From assembly GCA_035524355.1 (NCBI GenBank), contig DATKPA010000035.1:12425-76424 (forward strand): a stretch of DNA of 64,000 bases. The letters run 5' to 3'. Under the pieces are notes generated by a model that did not search any database, was not told the origin of the DNA, and worked only from the letters and a program-made list of their open reading frames with translations. A program made the translations under genes and the position numbers. Numbering within the stretch: the first letter of the stretch is position 1; each line of letters opens with the position of its first letter. Positions 40,937-50,142 of this stretch are shown piece after piece. Source of the stretch: Phycisphaerae bacterium (GTDB lineage: Bacteria; Planctomycetota; Phycisphaerae; WQYP01).

Positions 40937-43624
40937 ATGCTCACCCGAAAAACCTACCGATCGGCCCTCGCCATAACCAGTCTCACTGTGGCCGTTTTCC
41001 TCACCTCACGCTTCTCCCCCGCACAAAACGTCGCTCCCGACCCCGGTTCACCCAGTGCCACCACCACCATCTCCGGCAAGCAACTCCCGGCGCCCGATCC
41101 CGCCTTCGGCGGCGTCATCAGCACCAAAGCCGTCGACTCCAAACCCTGGTGGTCCCCACGCATCGTCCCCCCGAAGAAAGCGCCTAACATCCTCCTCATC
41201 ATGACCGACGACTGCGGCTTCGGCGCCCCTGGCACCTTCGGCGGCGTTATCCCCACCCCGGCACTCGATCGCATCGCCCAAACCGGCCTCCGCTACACCC
41301 AGTTCCATTCCTGCGCACTCTGCTCCCCAACCCGCGCCGCACTCATCACCGGACGCAACCACCACGTCGCCGGATACGGCGTCGTCGGCGAGGCCGCCAC
41401 TGGCTACCCCGGATACGACTCCGTCATCCGCAAAGAATGCGGCACCATCGGCAGAATCCTCAAGGACAACGGCTACGCCACCGCCTGGTTCGGCAAGGAC
41501 CACAACACCCCCTTCTACCAGGCCAGCCAGGCCGGCCCATTCGACCAGTGGCCCATCGGCATGGGCTTTGACTACTTCTACGGCTTCCTTGGCGGCGACA
41601 CCAGCCAGTGGCAGCCCAACCTCTTCCGCAATACCACCGCCATCTACCCCTTCCAAGGCAACCCCAAATGGAATCTCACCACCGCCATGGCCGATGACGC
41701 CATCGGCTACATAAACCAGATGAGCGAGGTCGCCCCGGACAAACCCTTCTTCGTCTACTACGTCCCCGGCGGCGTCCACTCCCCGCACCACCCGACGCCG
41801 CAATGGATCTCCAAGGTCAGCGACATGCACCTCTTCGACAACGGCTGGAACAAACTCCGCGACACCATCTTCGAGAACCAGAAACGCCTCGGCATCCTGC
41901 CTGCCGACGCAAAGCTCACGCCCTGGCCCAAGGACCTGCCCCAGTGGGACACCCTCTCCTGGGACGAAAAAAAACTCTTCATCAAGCAGGCCGACGTCTT
42001 CGGCGCCTACCTCGCCTACACCGACCATGAAATCGGCCGCGTCATCCAGGCTGTCCAGGACATGGGCAAGCTCGACGATACGCTCATCATCTACATCAGC
42101 GGCGACAACGGCGCCAGCGCCGAGGGCATGCTCAACGGAACCCCCAACGAATTCACCACCTTCAACGGCGTCGCAGTCCCGGTCAAAGACCAGTTCCTCT
42201 GGTATGAATTCTGGGGCTCCGAGCGCACGTTTCCGCACTTCGCCGCATCCTGGGCATGGGCTTTCGATACGCCCTTCCAATGGACGAAACAGGTCGCCTC
42301 ACACCGCGGCGGCACGGCGCAGGGCGTCTGCATGTCCTGGCCAGGCCACATCACCGACGTCGGTGCCATCCGCAGTCAATTCCACCACGTCATCGACATC
42401 GTCCCCACCATCCTCGAAGCCACCGGCATCCCCGCGCCCGACACCATCGATGGCATCAAGCAACGCCCCATCGAAGGCATCAGCATGGCTTACACCTGGG
42501 ACAAGGCCAACGCCAATGCGCCCACCCGCCACACCACTCAATATTTCGAAATGCTCGGCAATCGCGCCATCTACCACGACGGCTGGATCGCCGCGACAAC
42601 GCCGGTCACGCTCCCCTGGGAACTTAACACCAAACCGCCTCCCGACGTGATCACCGGCTACAAGTGGGAACTCTACAACCTCAAGGACGATGTTACCGAG
42701 TCCAACGACCTCGCCGCCCAAATGCCCGACAAAGTGAAGGAACTCCAGGACATCTTTTATTCCGAAGCAAAAAAATACAATGTCCTTCCCATCGACAACT
42801 CCACCCTCGCCCGCTTCCTGACGCCCCGCCCCAGTTCCACCGCGGGCCGAACCGAGTTCACCTATTCCGGCGAACTTGTGGGCGTCCCGGCCGCTTGCGC
42901 CCCGAATATCCTGGCCAAGGACTTCACCATTGAAGCCCTCGTCGAGATCCCTCGCGGCGGCGCGCAGGGAATGATCGTCACCGAAGGTGGCCGCTTCGGC
43001 GGCTACGGCTTGTTCCTTAGCCACAGCTACAACTATTGGCTCGAAAGTCCGGTGCTCCGCATCACGGGCATGACACTCCTGTTCGCTGGTGTACTCCTGA
43101 CCTGGGCCAGCAAAGGTTGGCTCTGGTCGCGCTGGAAACTGCGCATCGGTTACGGAATGCTCCTGCTCGGTTCCTTCTGGTTGGTTGCCCTGGTGACCAC
43201 GAGTATGGCGGACCTCGGCAAAGGCAAACCCGTCTTCCTTTACAACCTGCTCGATCTTCAGCGCACGATATGGGAAGGCCCCGAATTAAAGGCCGGCACC
43301 CACACCGTACGCTTCACTTTCAAGTACGACGGCCCCGGCTTTGGCAAGGGCGGCACCGGCGTGCTCTACGTTGACGACAAGGAAGTCGACAGAAAGTCCA
43401 TGGAGCACTCGACCCCCGTCATGTTTCCTGAAGATGAAACGTTCGACGTCGGTGCTGACACCCACACGCCCCTTGCGCTTCTGGAGTATCGCTATGACTG
43501 CCCCTTCAGGTTCACCGGCAAAATCAACAGGCTGACCTATAAGCTCGGCCCATCGCAATACACCCAGGCCGACCGCGACCAGCTCCCGGCCATCGCCGCC
43601 CGGGTCGCTGCAGCCAGGGATTAG
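40937..43624 (+). CDS. Arylsulfatase (Cys/formylglycine type) with LamG-like C-terminus
   Basis: Signal peptide; 'PNILLIMTDD', 'CSPTRAALITGR', 'FGKDH', 'SGDNG', 'RAIYHDGW', 'ELYNL', 'ETFDVGADT'. Confidence 0.93.
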   Translation: MLTRKTYRSALAITSLTVAVFLTSRFSPAQNVAPDPGSPSATTTISGKQLPAPDPAFGGVISTKAVDSKPWWSPRIVPPKKAPNILLIMTDDCGFGAPGTFGGVIPTPALDRIAQTGLRYTQFHSCALCSPTRAALITGRNHHVAGYGVVGEAATGYPGYDSVIRKECGTIGRILKDNGYATAWFGKDHNTPFYQASQAGPFDQWPIGMGFDYFYGFLGGDTSQWQPNLFRNTTAIYPFQGNPKWNLTTAMADDAIGYINQMSEVAPDKPFFVYYVPGGVHSPHHPTPQWISKVSDMHLFDNGWNKLRDTIFENQKRLGILPADAKLTPWPKDLPQWDTLSWDEKKLFIKQADVFGAYLAYTDHEIGRVIQAVQDMGKLDDTLIIYISGDNGASAEGMLNGTPNEFTTFNGVAVPVKDQFLWYEFWGSERTFPHFAASWAWAFDTPFQWTKQVASHRGGTAQGVCMSWPGHITDVGAIRSQFHHVIDIVPTILEATGIPAPDTIDGIKQRPIEGISMAYTWDKANANAPTRHTTQYFEMLGNRAIYHDGWIAATTPVTLPWELNTKPPPDVITGYKWELYNLKDDVTESNDLAAQMPDKVKELQDIFYSEAKKYNVLPIDNSTLARFLTPRPSSTAGRTEFTYSGELVGVPAACAPNILAKDFTIEALVEIPRGGAQGMIVTEGGRFGGYGLFLSHSYNYWLESPVLRITGMTLLFAGVLLTWASKGWLWSRWKLRIGYGMLLLGSFWLVALVTTSMADLGKGKPVFLYNLLDLQRTIWEGPELKAGTHTVRFTFKYDGPGFGKGGTGVLYVDDKEVDRKSMEHSTPVMFPEDETFDVGADTHTPLALLEYRYDCPFRFTGKINRLTYKLGPSQYTQADRDQLPAIAARVAAARD

Positions 43625-43654
43625 AGTCCCACGTTCACGTGAAGTCGAGAAGAC

Positions 43655-44026
43655 ATGAAGACACTGCTCATACTCGCCGGCCTCGCTGAAATGGCCACCG
43701 GCCTGGCACTCCTTATCGTTCCGCCACTTTGCGGACGCCTCCTCTTCGGCACGGAACTCGCCGGCGTCGCCATCCCCGTGGCGCGCGTCATGGGAATTGC
43801 CCTTTTGGCGCTTGGCGTAGGCTGCTGCTCCGGCTCCATCCTCTTCGCACTATGGATCTATACCACCGCCGTCGCAGTGTACCTGGCGTATCTCGGCATC
43901 GGCATGCAATGGACCGGAATCCTGCTCTGGCCCGCCGTCGCCGCACACGCCGCCTTGACCGTGCTGCTCACCAAAGCCCGATTCGCACCCTCGCCGCAGC
44001 CGCCAACCACTGTCCCGCAGGTATAG
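43655..44026 (+). CDS. Small 4-TM membrane protein, copy B
   Basis: Paralogue of 38965-39336. Confidence 0.8.
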   Translation: MKTLLILAGLAEMATGLALLIVPPLCGRLLFGTELAGVAIPVARVMGIALLALGVGCCSGSILFALWIYTTAVAVYLAYLGIGMQWTGILLWPAVAAHAALTVLLTKARFAPSPQPPTTVPQV

Positions 44027-44069
44027 CGTCGCAGCGAACTGATGCCTCCAACTCTCGATCGGAGACGCC

Positions 44070-45434
44070 ATGGCCACCCGAAAAACCAAAGCACTCGCCC
44101 TCATCGCTCTCTTCATCCACGCCCAGGCCGCATCGCTTCTCGCGCAAACCGCCGATTCCGCCCCTCCGGCCGCGCCTCCCTCCGCCCCGCCCCTCTCCAA
44201 TGAGGAACTCGATCAAATCGTCGCTCCCATCGCACTCTATCCCGATTCCCTCCTCTCCCAGATCTTCATGGCCTCCACCTACCCGCTCGAAATCGTCCAG
44301 GCCGACCGCTTCGCCAAGGCCAATCCCAAGCTCACCGGTGATGCCCTCACCACCCAACTCGAAAGCCAGCCCTGGGATCCCAGCGTCAAATCCCTCGTCA
44401 ACTTCCCCACCGTCCTCGCCATGATGAGCGAGCACCTTGATTCGACCATCAAGCTCGGCGACGCCTTCCTCGCCGATCAAAAATCCGTGATGGACGCCGT
44501 CCAACGCCTCCGCGCCAAGGCCCAGGCCGCCGGAAATCTCCAGACCACCCCGCAGCAAACAGTCATCATCGAGCAGGTGCCCCAAACCACCGTCCAGGTC
44601 ATCCGCATCGAGCCCGCCACCCCGCAGGTCATTTACGTCCCGACATACAACCCGGTGGTCGTCTACGGCCCATGGCCCTATCCGACCTACCCCCCCTACT
44701 ACTACCGTCCCCCCGGTTACGTTGCGACTTCCGCCGTCATCGGATTCGGCGTCGGATTCGCCTGCGGCGCCGCCTGGGGCTACGCCTGGGGAAACTGCAA
44801 CTGGAACAACAACAACGTCAACGTCAACATCAATCGAAACACCAATATCAACACCAACATCAACCGTTCCAAGTACCAGAACAACGTCAACAACAACGGA
44901 AACTGGCAACACAACCCCGCCCATCGCCAGGGCGTTGCTTACCGTGACAACACCACCGCTCAGCGCTTCAACAGCGCCTCATCCAATCAGGCGATTCAGT
45001 CCCGCGAAGCCTATCGCGGTCGCTCCGACACCGGCCAACAGAATGTAAATCGCGGCGCTGCCGATCAATCCCGCGGCCAGAATGCCGCCTCCCCCTCCAA
45101 CCGCGCCAACGCCGCACAGACTGGAATCCAGAACCGCCCAGCCTCTGGACAGACCGCCAATCCCGGCCAGAATCGCCCCAACACCACCCCGACCGGCAGC
45201 GCCGCGCAGAACCGCCCTGCCAATAGCACCGGAAACTCCGCCAGTCAGAACCGTGCCACCAACACCGGATTTAGCGGCGTCGACGGCGCCGGCAACGACA
45301 CGCGCAGCGCCAGCCAGCGCGGCAGCACCAGCCGCAGTTCAACTCCCAACTCCGCCGGCGCTAGCCGTGCCAGCCCGCCTTCTTCCGGTGGAGCCGGCCG
45401 CGGTGGCGGTGGTGGCGGCGGCGGCCGCAGATAA
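44070..45434 (+). CDS. DUF3300 family protein, copy B
   Basis: 'ELDQIVAPIALYPDSLLSQIFMASTYPLE'; GGAG SD. Confidence 0.9.
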   Translation: MATRKTKALALIALFIHAQAASLLAQTADSAPPAAPPSAPPLSNEELDQIVAPIALYPDSLLSQIFMASTYPLEIVQADRFAKANPKLTGDALTTQLESQPWDPSVKSLVNFPTVLAMMSEHLDSTIKLGDAFLADQKSVMDAVQRLRAKAQAAGNLQTTPQQTVIIEQVPQTTVQVIRIEPATPQVIYVPTYNPVVVYGPWPYPTYPPYYYRPPGYVATSAVIGFGVGFACGAAWGYAWGNCNWNNNNVNVNINRNTNINTNINRSKYQNNVNNNGNWQHNPAHRQGVAYRDNTTAQRFNSASSNQAIQSREAYRGRSDTGQQNVNRGAADQSRGQNAASPSNRANAAQTGIQNRPASGQTANPGQNRPNTTPTGSAAQNRPANSTGNSASQNRATNTGFSGVDGAGNDTRSASQRGSTSRSSTPNSAGASRASPPSSGGAGRGGGGGGGGRR

Positions 45435-45497
45435 CCGTGGCCTGTCCGGCTTTCGTCCAACTTTCGTCTTTCGGCAGCTCAAAAAAAGGAACCGACC

Positions 45498-46463
45498 ATG
45501 TGCCTCCCCATCTTCCAGAAGCATCCTTTGCTCCTCCTCTTCGTCTTCCTTCTCTCAAGTTTTTCCGCTGGCTGCGCTTCGCAGAAAACCTTCTCCGATC
45601 CCGACCTCGCCGTCGATGCCCTGGTCTCCTCTTTCCGCACCAACGATCAGGATCAGACCCGCCGCATCCTCGGCCCCGCCGGCGATGAACTCCTCTTCTC
45701 CGGAGATCCCGTCGAAGTCCAAACCGGACTCCAGAAATTCCTCCACGCCTACGACGAGAAACACGAACTCAGCGCCAATGACGACGGCACCGTGACCCTC
45801 TCCGTCGGCGACGACGAATGGCCCATGCCCATCCCGCTCGCCAAAAACGATAAGAATGCCTGGTACTTCGATACCGAGGCCGGAAAGGATGAAATCCTCA
45901 ACCGCCGCATCGGACGCAACGAACTCGACACCATCCAGACCATGCTCGCCATCAACGACGCCCAGCGCGAATACGCCGAAACCGATCCCGACCACGACGG
46001 TGTCCCCGCCTACGCCCAGAAATTCCTGAGCGACCCCGGCAAAAAGAACGGACTCTACTGGCAGACAAAGGAAGGCGAGCCCGACAGCCCCCTCGGTCCC
46101 CTCGTCGCCACCGCCGCCAGCCAGGGCTACACCCATGCCACAAACGACGAACCCCAACCCTACCGCGGCTACTTCTACCACATGCTCACCGCCCAGGGTC
46201 CTTCCGCCCCCGGCGGCGCTCGCGATTACATCGTCAACGGCCAGATGCTCGGCGGATTCGCCGTCGTCGCCTACCCCGCCACCTACGGCAACTCCGGCAT
46301 CATGACCTTCATCATCAACCAGGACGGCACCGTCTACCAGCGCGACCTCGGCGAAGACACCGCCAAGCTTGCCATCCAAATCACCACCTTCGACCCTGAC
46401 GACAACTGGAAGAAAGTCGACGCCAAAGACGAAACTCCGCCCACCACCCAGCCGGCAAATTAA
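45498..46463 (+). CDS. DUF2950 family protein
   Basis: 'WPMPIPL', 'RRIGRNELDTI', 'GKKNGLYW', 'SPLGPL', 'PATYGNSGIMTFIINQDG'; follows DUF3300 as usual for this pair. Confidence 0.9.
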   Translation: MCLPIFQKHPLLLLFVFLLSSFSAGCASQKTFSDPDLAVDALVSSFRTNDQDQTRRILGPAGDELLFSGDPVEVQTGLQKFLHAYDEKHELSANDDGTVTLSVGDDEWPMPIPLAKNDKNAWYFDTEAGKDEILNRRIGRNELDTIQTMLAINDAQREYAETDPDHDGVPAYAQKFLSDPGKKNGLYWQTKEGEPDSPLGPLVATAASQGYTHATNDEPQPYRGYFYHMLTAQGPSAPGGARDYIVNGQMLGGFAVVAYPATYGNSGIMTFIINQDGTVYQRDLGEDTAKLAIQITTFDPDDNWKKVDAKDETPPTTQPAN

Positions 46464-46515
46464 GTGCACCCGCGACGGGGATCGATCCCCCCGCGAAAGG
46501 GATCGATGCAAAAAC

Positions 46516-46550
46516 AAAACGCCGCGACCACTCCGGTCGCGGCGTTTTTT
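46516..46550. terminator. Bidirectional intrinsic terminator between DUF2950 and iscA
   Basis: AAAACGCCGCGACC-ACTCC-GGTCGCGGCGTTTTTT. Confidence 0.85.
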
Positions 46551-46570
46551 ATCAATTCGGGCAATCCCAC

Positions 46571-46900
46571 TCAGGCGGAGAACGAGCTGCCGCAGCCGCA
46601 CGTGTGCGTCGCGTTGGGGTTCTTGAACACGAACCCGCGGCCCATCACCTCGTCCTTAAAGTCGATCTCCGTCCCGTTGAGGTACAGATACGACTTGCGG
46701 TCCGCGAGGATCTTAATTCCATGGCATTCCATGATTTCATCGTTTTCTGGCGCCGATTCCGTCAGGTCCAGAACGTAGGAGAACCCCGAGCATCCGCCGC
46801 CTTTGACGCCAACGCGAAGCGCCACGCTCTCCGCCAACCCCTGATCCTTGATGATGGACCTAATTTCCTTCGCCGCCGCTTCCGAAAGTGTAATGGCCAT
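46571..46900 (-). CDS. iscA: HesB/IscA/SufA A-type Fe-S carrier
   Basis: 'MAITLSEAAAKEI', 'GVKGGGCSGFSY', 'NPNATHTCGCGSSF'; AGGAG SD. Confidence 0.95.
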   Translation of the reverse strand: MAITLSEAAAKEIRSIIKDQGLAESVALRVGVKGGGCSGFSYVLDLTESAPENDEIMECHGIKILADRKSYLYLNGTEIDFKDEVMGRGFVFKNPNATHTCGCGSSFSA

Positions 46901-46943
46901 GAATGGGCTCCTGAGTTCAGTAGAACGTAAATCGTTGCCAATC

Positions 46944-46973
46944 ACTATAGTCGGCGGTCCGCCATCAAGGCAA
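46944..46973 (-). promoter_or_regulatory. Candidate sigma70 promoter of iscA
   Basis: TTGCCT-N18-TATAGT on the minus strand. Confidence 0.55.
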
Positions 46974-47030
46974 GAAGCGCTTTTCCGGGAAAACATCGAG
47001 GGGAATTGGCGGCACCCAGACCGCCAAGAC

Positions 47031-47097
47031 CCAGACCGCCAAGGTGCGTGTGTCAATGGCGGTCTCCCCCCAACTCCGATAGGAATTGTAGGGATTG
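47031..47097 (+). repeat. 67-bp dispersed repeat, family B copy 2
   Basis: 62/67 identity to the reverse complement of 17073-17139. Its left end carries a perfect 15-bp tandem duplication, ACCCAGACCGCCAAG x2 (47014-47043). Confidence 0.85.
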
Positions 47098-47190
47098 AAT
47101 AAAAATAATCGCATCAGCGTAGATGGCTGTGAGTGGAGGCGCGAGCGGGGATGGGAGGATAGGGATTTGTGCGAAGGGAGCGGTTTGGTA

Positions 47191-47207
47191 TTGAAATTGA
47201 GTCTCAA
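47191..47207. promoter_or_regulatory. Candidate iron-responsive operator (Fur/Rrf2-type) upstream of sufB
   Basis: TTGA-AATTGAGTC-TCAA palindrome (TGA-N9-TCA), ~30 nt upstream of a TAGAAT hexamer at 47236. Confidence 0.5.
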
Positions 47208-47357
47208 CACGCTGGGTTTTTTGCCCCAGTTCCCCTAGAATGTGGTCTCTGGGTGGCTTCGGCGGAAGCCGGGGCATCGGGGAGGCGGATTGCCGGATTA
47301 TAGCGGCACCAGGAAGAAGATCGCGGGTCCTCGCCGGACAGCGCTGGGAGTAAAGCA

Positions 47358-48812
47358 ATGCCTACTTCAACCGAAACAATCGAAGAGCTGGCCAGCCAGG
47401 AATACAAATGGGGCTGGAGCGCCAACGTGGAAGCGGACGAAGCGCCGCCGGGGCTGAATGAAGAGATCGTGCGGTTCATTTCGGCAAAGAAGAAAGAACC
47501 GCAGTGGATGCTGGATTGGCGCCTGAAGGCGTATCGGCACTGGCTGACGATGAAGGAGCCGAACTGGGCAAAGGCGGAGTATCCGCCGATCGATTACCAG
47601 GCGACGAAGTATTACTCGGCCCCGAAAGCGAAGCCGAAGTCGATCGATGAGGTCGATCCGGAACTGCTTGCCGTCTATGAGAAACTCGGGATCCCCCTTC
47701 ACGAGCGGGAAGCGTTGTTGGGAATCGAGGAGCCGAAGGTTGCCGTCGATGCGGTGTTTGATTCCGTGTCGGTGACGACGACTTTTCAGAAAAAGCTCGG
47801 GGAACTGGGGATCATCTTCTGCGGATTCGGGGAGGCGGTGCAGAAGCATCCGGAGCTGGTGAAGAAGTATCTGGGAACGGTGGTGCCGTACTCGGACAAT
47901 TTCTTTGCGACGTTGAACTCGGCGGTGTTTACGGACGGGTCGTTTGCGTACATTCCGAAGGGCGTGCGCTGCCCGATGGAACTGTCGACGTACTTCCGCA
48001 TCAATGCGCGGAACACGGGGCAGTTTGAGCGGACGCTGATCATTGCAGATGAGGGGGCTTACGTCAGTTATCTTGAAGGGTGCACGGCTCCGCAGCGGGA
48101 TGAGAATCAGTTGCATGCGGCGGTGGTGGAACTGGTGGCGCTTCCGGGCGCGACGATCAAGTATTCCACGGTGCAGAACTGGTATCCGGGCGATCCGAAG
48201 AGCGGGAAGGGCGGGATTTATAATTTTGTGACGAAGCGCGGGAAGGCGTTTGAGAATTCGAAGATCACGTGGACGCAGGTGGAAACCGGGAGCGCGATCA
48301 CGTGGAAATACCCGAGCTGCATTCTGCAGGGGGATAATTCGGTTGGGGAGTTCTATTCGGTGGCGCTGACGAATCATTATCAGCAGGCGGATACCGGCAC
48401 GAAGATGATTCACATCGGGAAGAACACGAAGAGCACGATCGTTTCGAAGGGCATCTCGGCGGGCTTTGGGCAGAATACTTACCGTGGATTGGTGAAGATC
48501 ATGCCGAAGGCGGAGAATGCGCGGAATTACACGCAGTGCGATTCTTTGCTGCTGGGGGACAAGTGCGGGGCGCATACTTCGCCGTACATTGAGGTGAAGA
48601 ATAAGTCGTCGCGTGTGGAGCATGAGGCTTCGACGTCGAAGATTGGCGAAGATCAGTTGTTCTACTGCAAGACGCGCGGGATTGCGCTGGAAGATGCGAT
48701 CAATATGATTGTGTCGGGGTTCTGCAAGGAAGTGTTCCGGGAGTTGCCGATGGAGTTTGCGGTGGAGGCGCAGAAGTTATTGGGGGTGTCACTCGAAGGC
48801 TCCGTGGGTTAA
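47358..48812 (+). CDS. sufB: Fe-S cluster assembly protein SufB
   Basis: 'YKWGW', '[12 protein letters not shown]', '[12 protein letters not shown]', '[16 protein letters not shown]'. Confidence 0.97.
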   Translation: MPTSTETIEELASQEYKWGWSANVEADEAPPGLNEEIVRFISAKKKEPQWMLDWRLKAYRHWLTMKEPNWAKAEYPPIDYQATKYYSAPKAKPKSIDEVDPELLAVYEKLGIPLHEREALLGIEEPKVAVDAVFDSVSVTTTFQKKLGELGIIFCGFGEAVQKHPELVKKYLGTVVPYSDNFFATLNSAVFTDGSFAYIPKGVRCPMELSTYFRINARNTGQFERTLIIADEGAYVSYLEGCTAPQRDENQLHAAVVELVALPGATIKYSTVQNWYPGDPKSGKGGIYNFVTKRGKAFENSKITWTQVETGSAITWKYPSCILQGDNSVGEFYSVALTNHYQQADTGTKMIHIGKNTKSTIVSKGISAGFGQNTYRGLVKIMPKAENARNYTQCDSLLLGDKCGAHTSPYIEVKNKSSRVEHEASTSKIGEDQLFYCKTRGIALEDAINMIVSGFCKEVFRELPMEFAVEAQKLLGVSLEGSVG

Positions 48813-48815
48813 GTG

Positions 48816-49019
48816 ATGCCAAAGAAGATACGGGAATTGAAAAGCATGCTCAGGAACGCAGGTTGGATTCTTATTGAAGGGGGGAAGGGGAGCCATACGA
48901 AGTGGATGCATCCGCGAGTTGCGAGGCGGTTGATCCTCTCCGGAAAAGATGGAAGTGACGCAAAGAAGTACCAGGAAAAGGATGTCGCACGCGCGATCCA
49001 GGAGACGTCCGGTGAGTAA
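48816..49019 (+). CDS. hicA: Type II toxin HicA (dsRBD-fold mRNA interferase)
   Basis: 'KIRELKSMLRNAGW...GKGSHTKWMHP...LILSGKDGSD'; GSH catalytic motif. GTG 48813 or ATG 48816 start. Confidence 0.88.
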   Translation: MPKKIRELKSMLRNAGWILIEGGKGSHTKWMHPRVARRLILSGKDGSDAKKYQEKDVARAIQETSGE

Positions 49020-49311
49020 GAAAGCGGTCGAGAAAGCGAACAAATACAGCGTCATCATCCAGTGGTCTGAGGAAGATGAGGCGTTTGTGGCGACGCTTCC
49101 GGAATGGGGCGGATGCCACACGCACGGCGCAACGTACGAGGAGGCGGCGAAGAACGCGCGAGAGGTCCTCGAATTGCTCATCGAGACGGAACAAGAGGAA
49201 GGTCGCGAGTTGCCTCCGGCCCACGGGTTCATGTTTCCGGGGCCAACTGGCTTTACGTACGAACTTAATCATCTCACTCCAGTACGAAAGGTTCGGCATG
49301 TCACTGCTTGA
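49012..49311 (+). CDS. hicB: Type II antitoxin HicB (short form)
   Basis: GTG start after CAGGAG; 'YSVIIQWSEEDEAFVATLPEWGGCHTHGATYEEAAKNAREVL...LP'. Confidence 0.9.
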   Translation: MSKKAVEKANKYSVIIQWSEEDEAFVATLPEWGGCHTHGATYEEAAKNAREVLELLIETEQEEGRELPPAHGFMFPGPTGFTYELNHLTPVRKVRHVTA

Positions 49312-50074
49312 GATTCGGAATTTGCATGCGGAAGTCGCCGGCGGCGGGCGGAAGATTTTGAAGGGGGTCGATCTGACGATCGATACCGGGGAAATTCACG
49401 CGATCATGGGGAAGAACGGGTCGGGGAAATCGACGCTTTGCCAGGTGCTGGCGGGGCGGGAGGTGTATGAAGTGACGGAGGGTCAGGTTCTTTTTCATGG
49501 GAAGGATCTGCTGGAAATGGCTCCGGAAGAACGGGCGCGCGAGGGAATGTTTCTCGGATTCCAGTACCCCGTTGAAATTCCGGGCGTCTCCACGAGTTAC
49601 TTCCTCAAGGCTGCGGTCAACGAGACCCGCAAGCACCATGGCCAGCCAGAACTCAATGCCGCGGAGTTTCTCCATTTGATCAAGGAAAAGATGAGCCTGC
49701 TGGAAATGGACTCCACGTTCATGAACCGGGCCATCAACGAAGGGTTCTCCGGCGGTGAGAAGAAGCGAAATGAGGTGTTCCAGATGGCGGTGGTGAGTCC
49801 GCTGCTGGGCCTGCTCGACGAAACGGACTCGGGTCTGGATATCGACGCGCTCAAGACGGTCGCCAACGGGGTCAACAAGATCCATCAGTCGGACAAGAAC
49901 AAGGCGATTCTGCTCGTCACGCACTACCAGCGGCTGCTGAACTACATCGTGCCGGACAAGGTGCACGTGATGATGGATGGGCGGATCGTGAAGAGCGGCG
50001 GCAAGGAACTGGCGCTGGAGTTGGAAACGCGCGGGTACGATTGGATTGAAGATGAAGTGGCCTCGAAGGCCTGA
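49298..50074 (+). CDS. sufC: Fe-S cluster assembly ATPase SufC
   Basis: 'MGKNGSGKST', 'FQYPVEIPGV', 'FSGGEKKRNE', 'LDETDSGLDIDAL', 'VTHYQRLL'. Confidence 0.97.
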   Translation: MSLLEIRNLHAEVAGGGRKILKGVDLTIDTGEIHAIMGKNGSGKSTLCQVLAGREVYEVTEGQVLFHGKDLLEMAPEERAREGMFLGFQYPVEIPGVSTSYFLKAAVNETRKHHGQPELNAAEFLHLIKEKMSLLEMDSTFMNRAINEGFSGGEKKRNEVFQMAVVSPLLGLLDETDSGLDIDALKTVANGVNKIHQSDKNKAILLVTHYQRLLNYIVPDKVHVMMDGRIVKSGGKELALELETRGYDWIEDEVASKA

Positions 50075-50142
50075 TGTAGGCGCATGCTTCCCCGGCCCAA
50101 AGGCCGGGGCTAAACCGGAAAGACCAGACGGGGTTATTCAGG

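Noticed and set aside
39388-45434. CRISPR-like or mobile-element origin of the repeated sequence
   Set aside because: The repeats are coding paralogy and low-complexity peptide repeats. There is no regular repeat-spacer array, cas gene, integrase or transposase.
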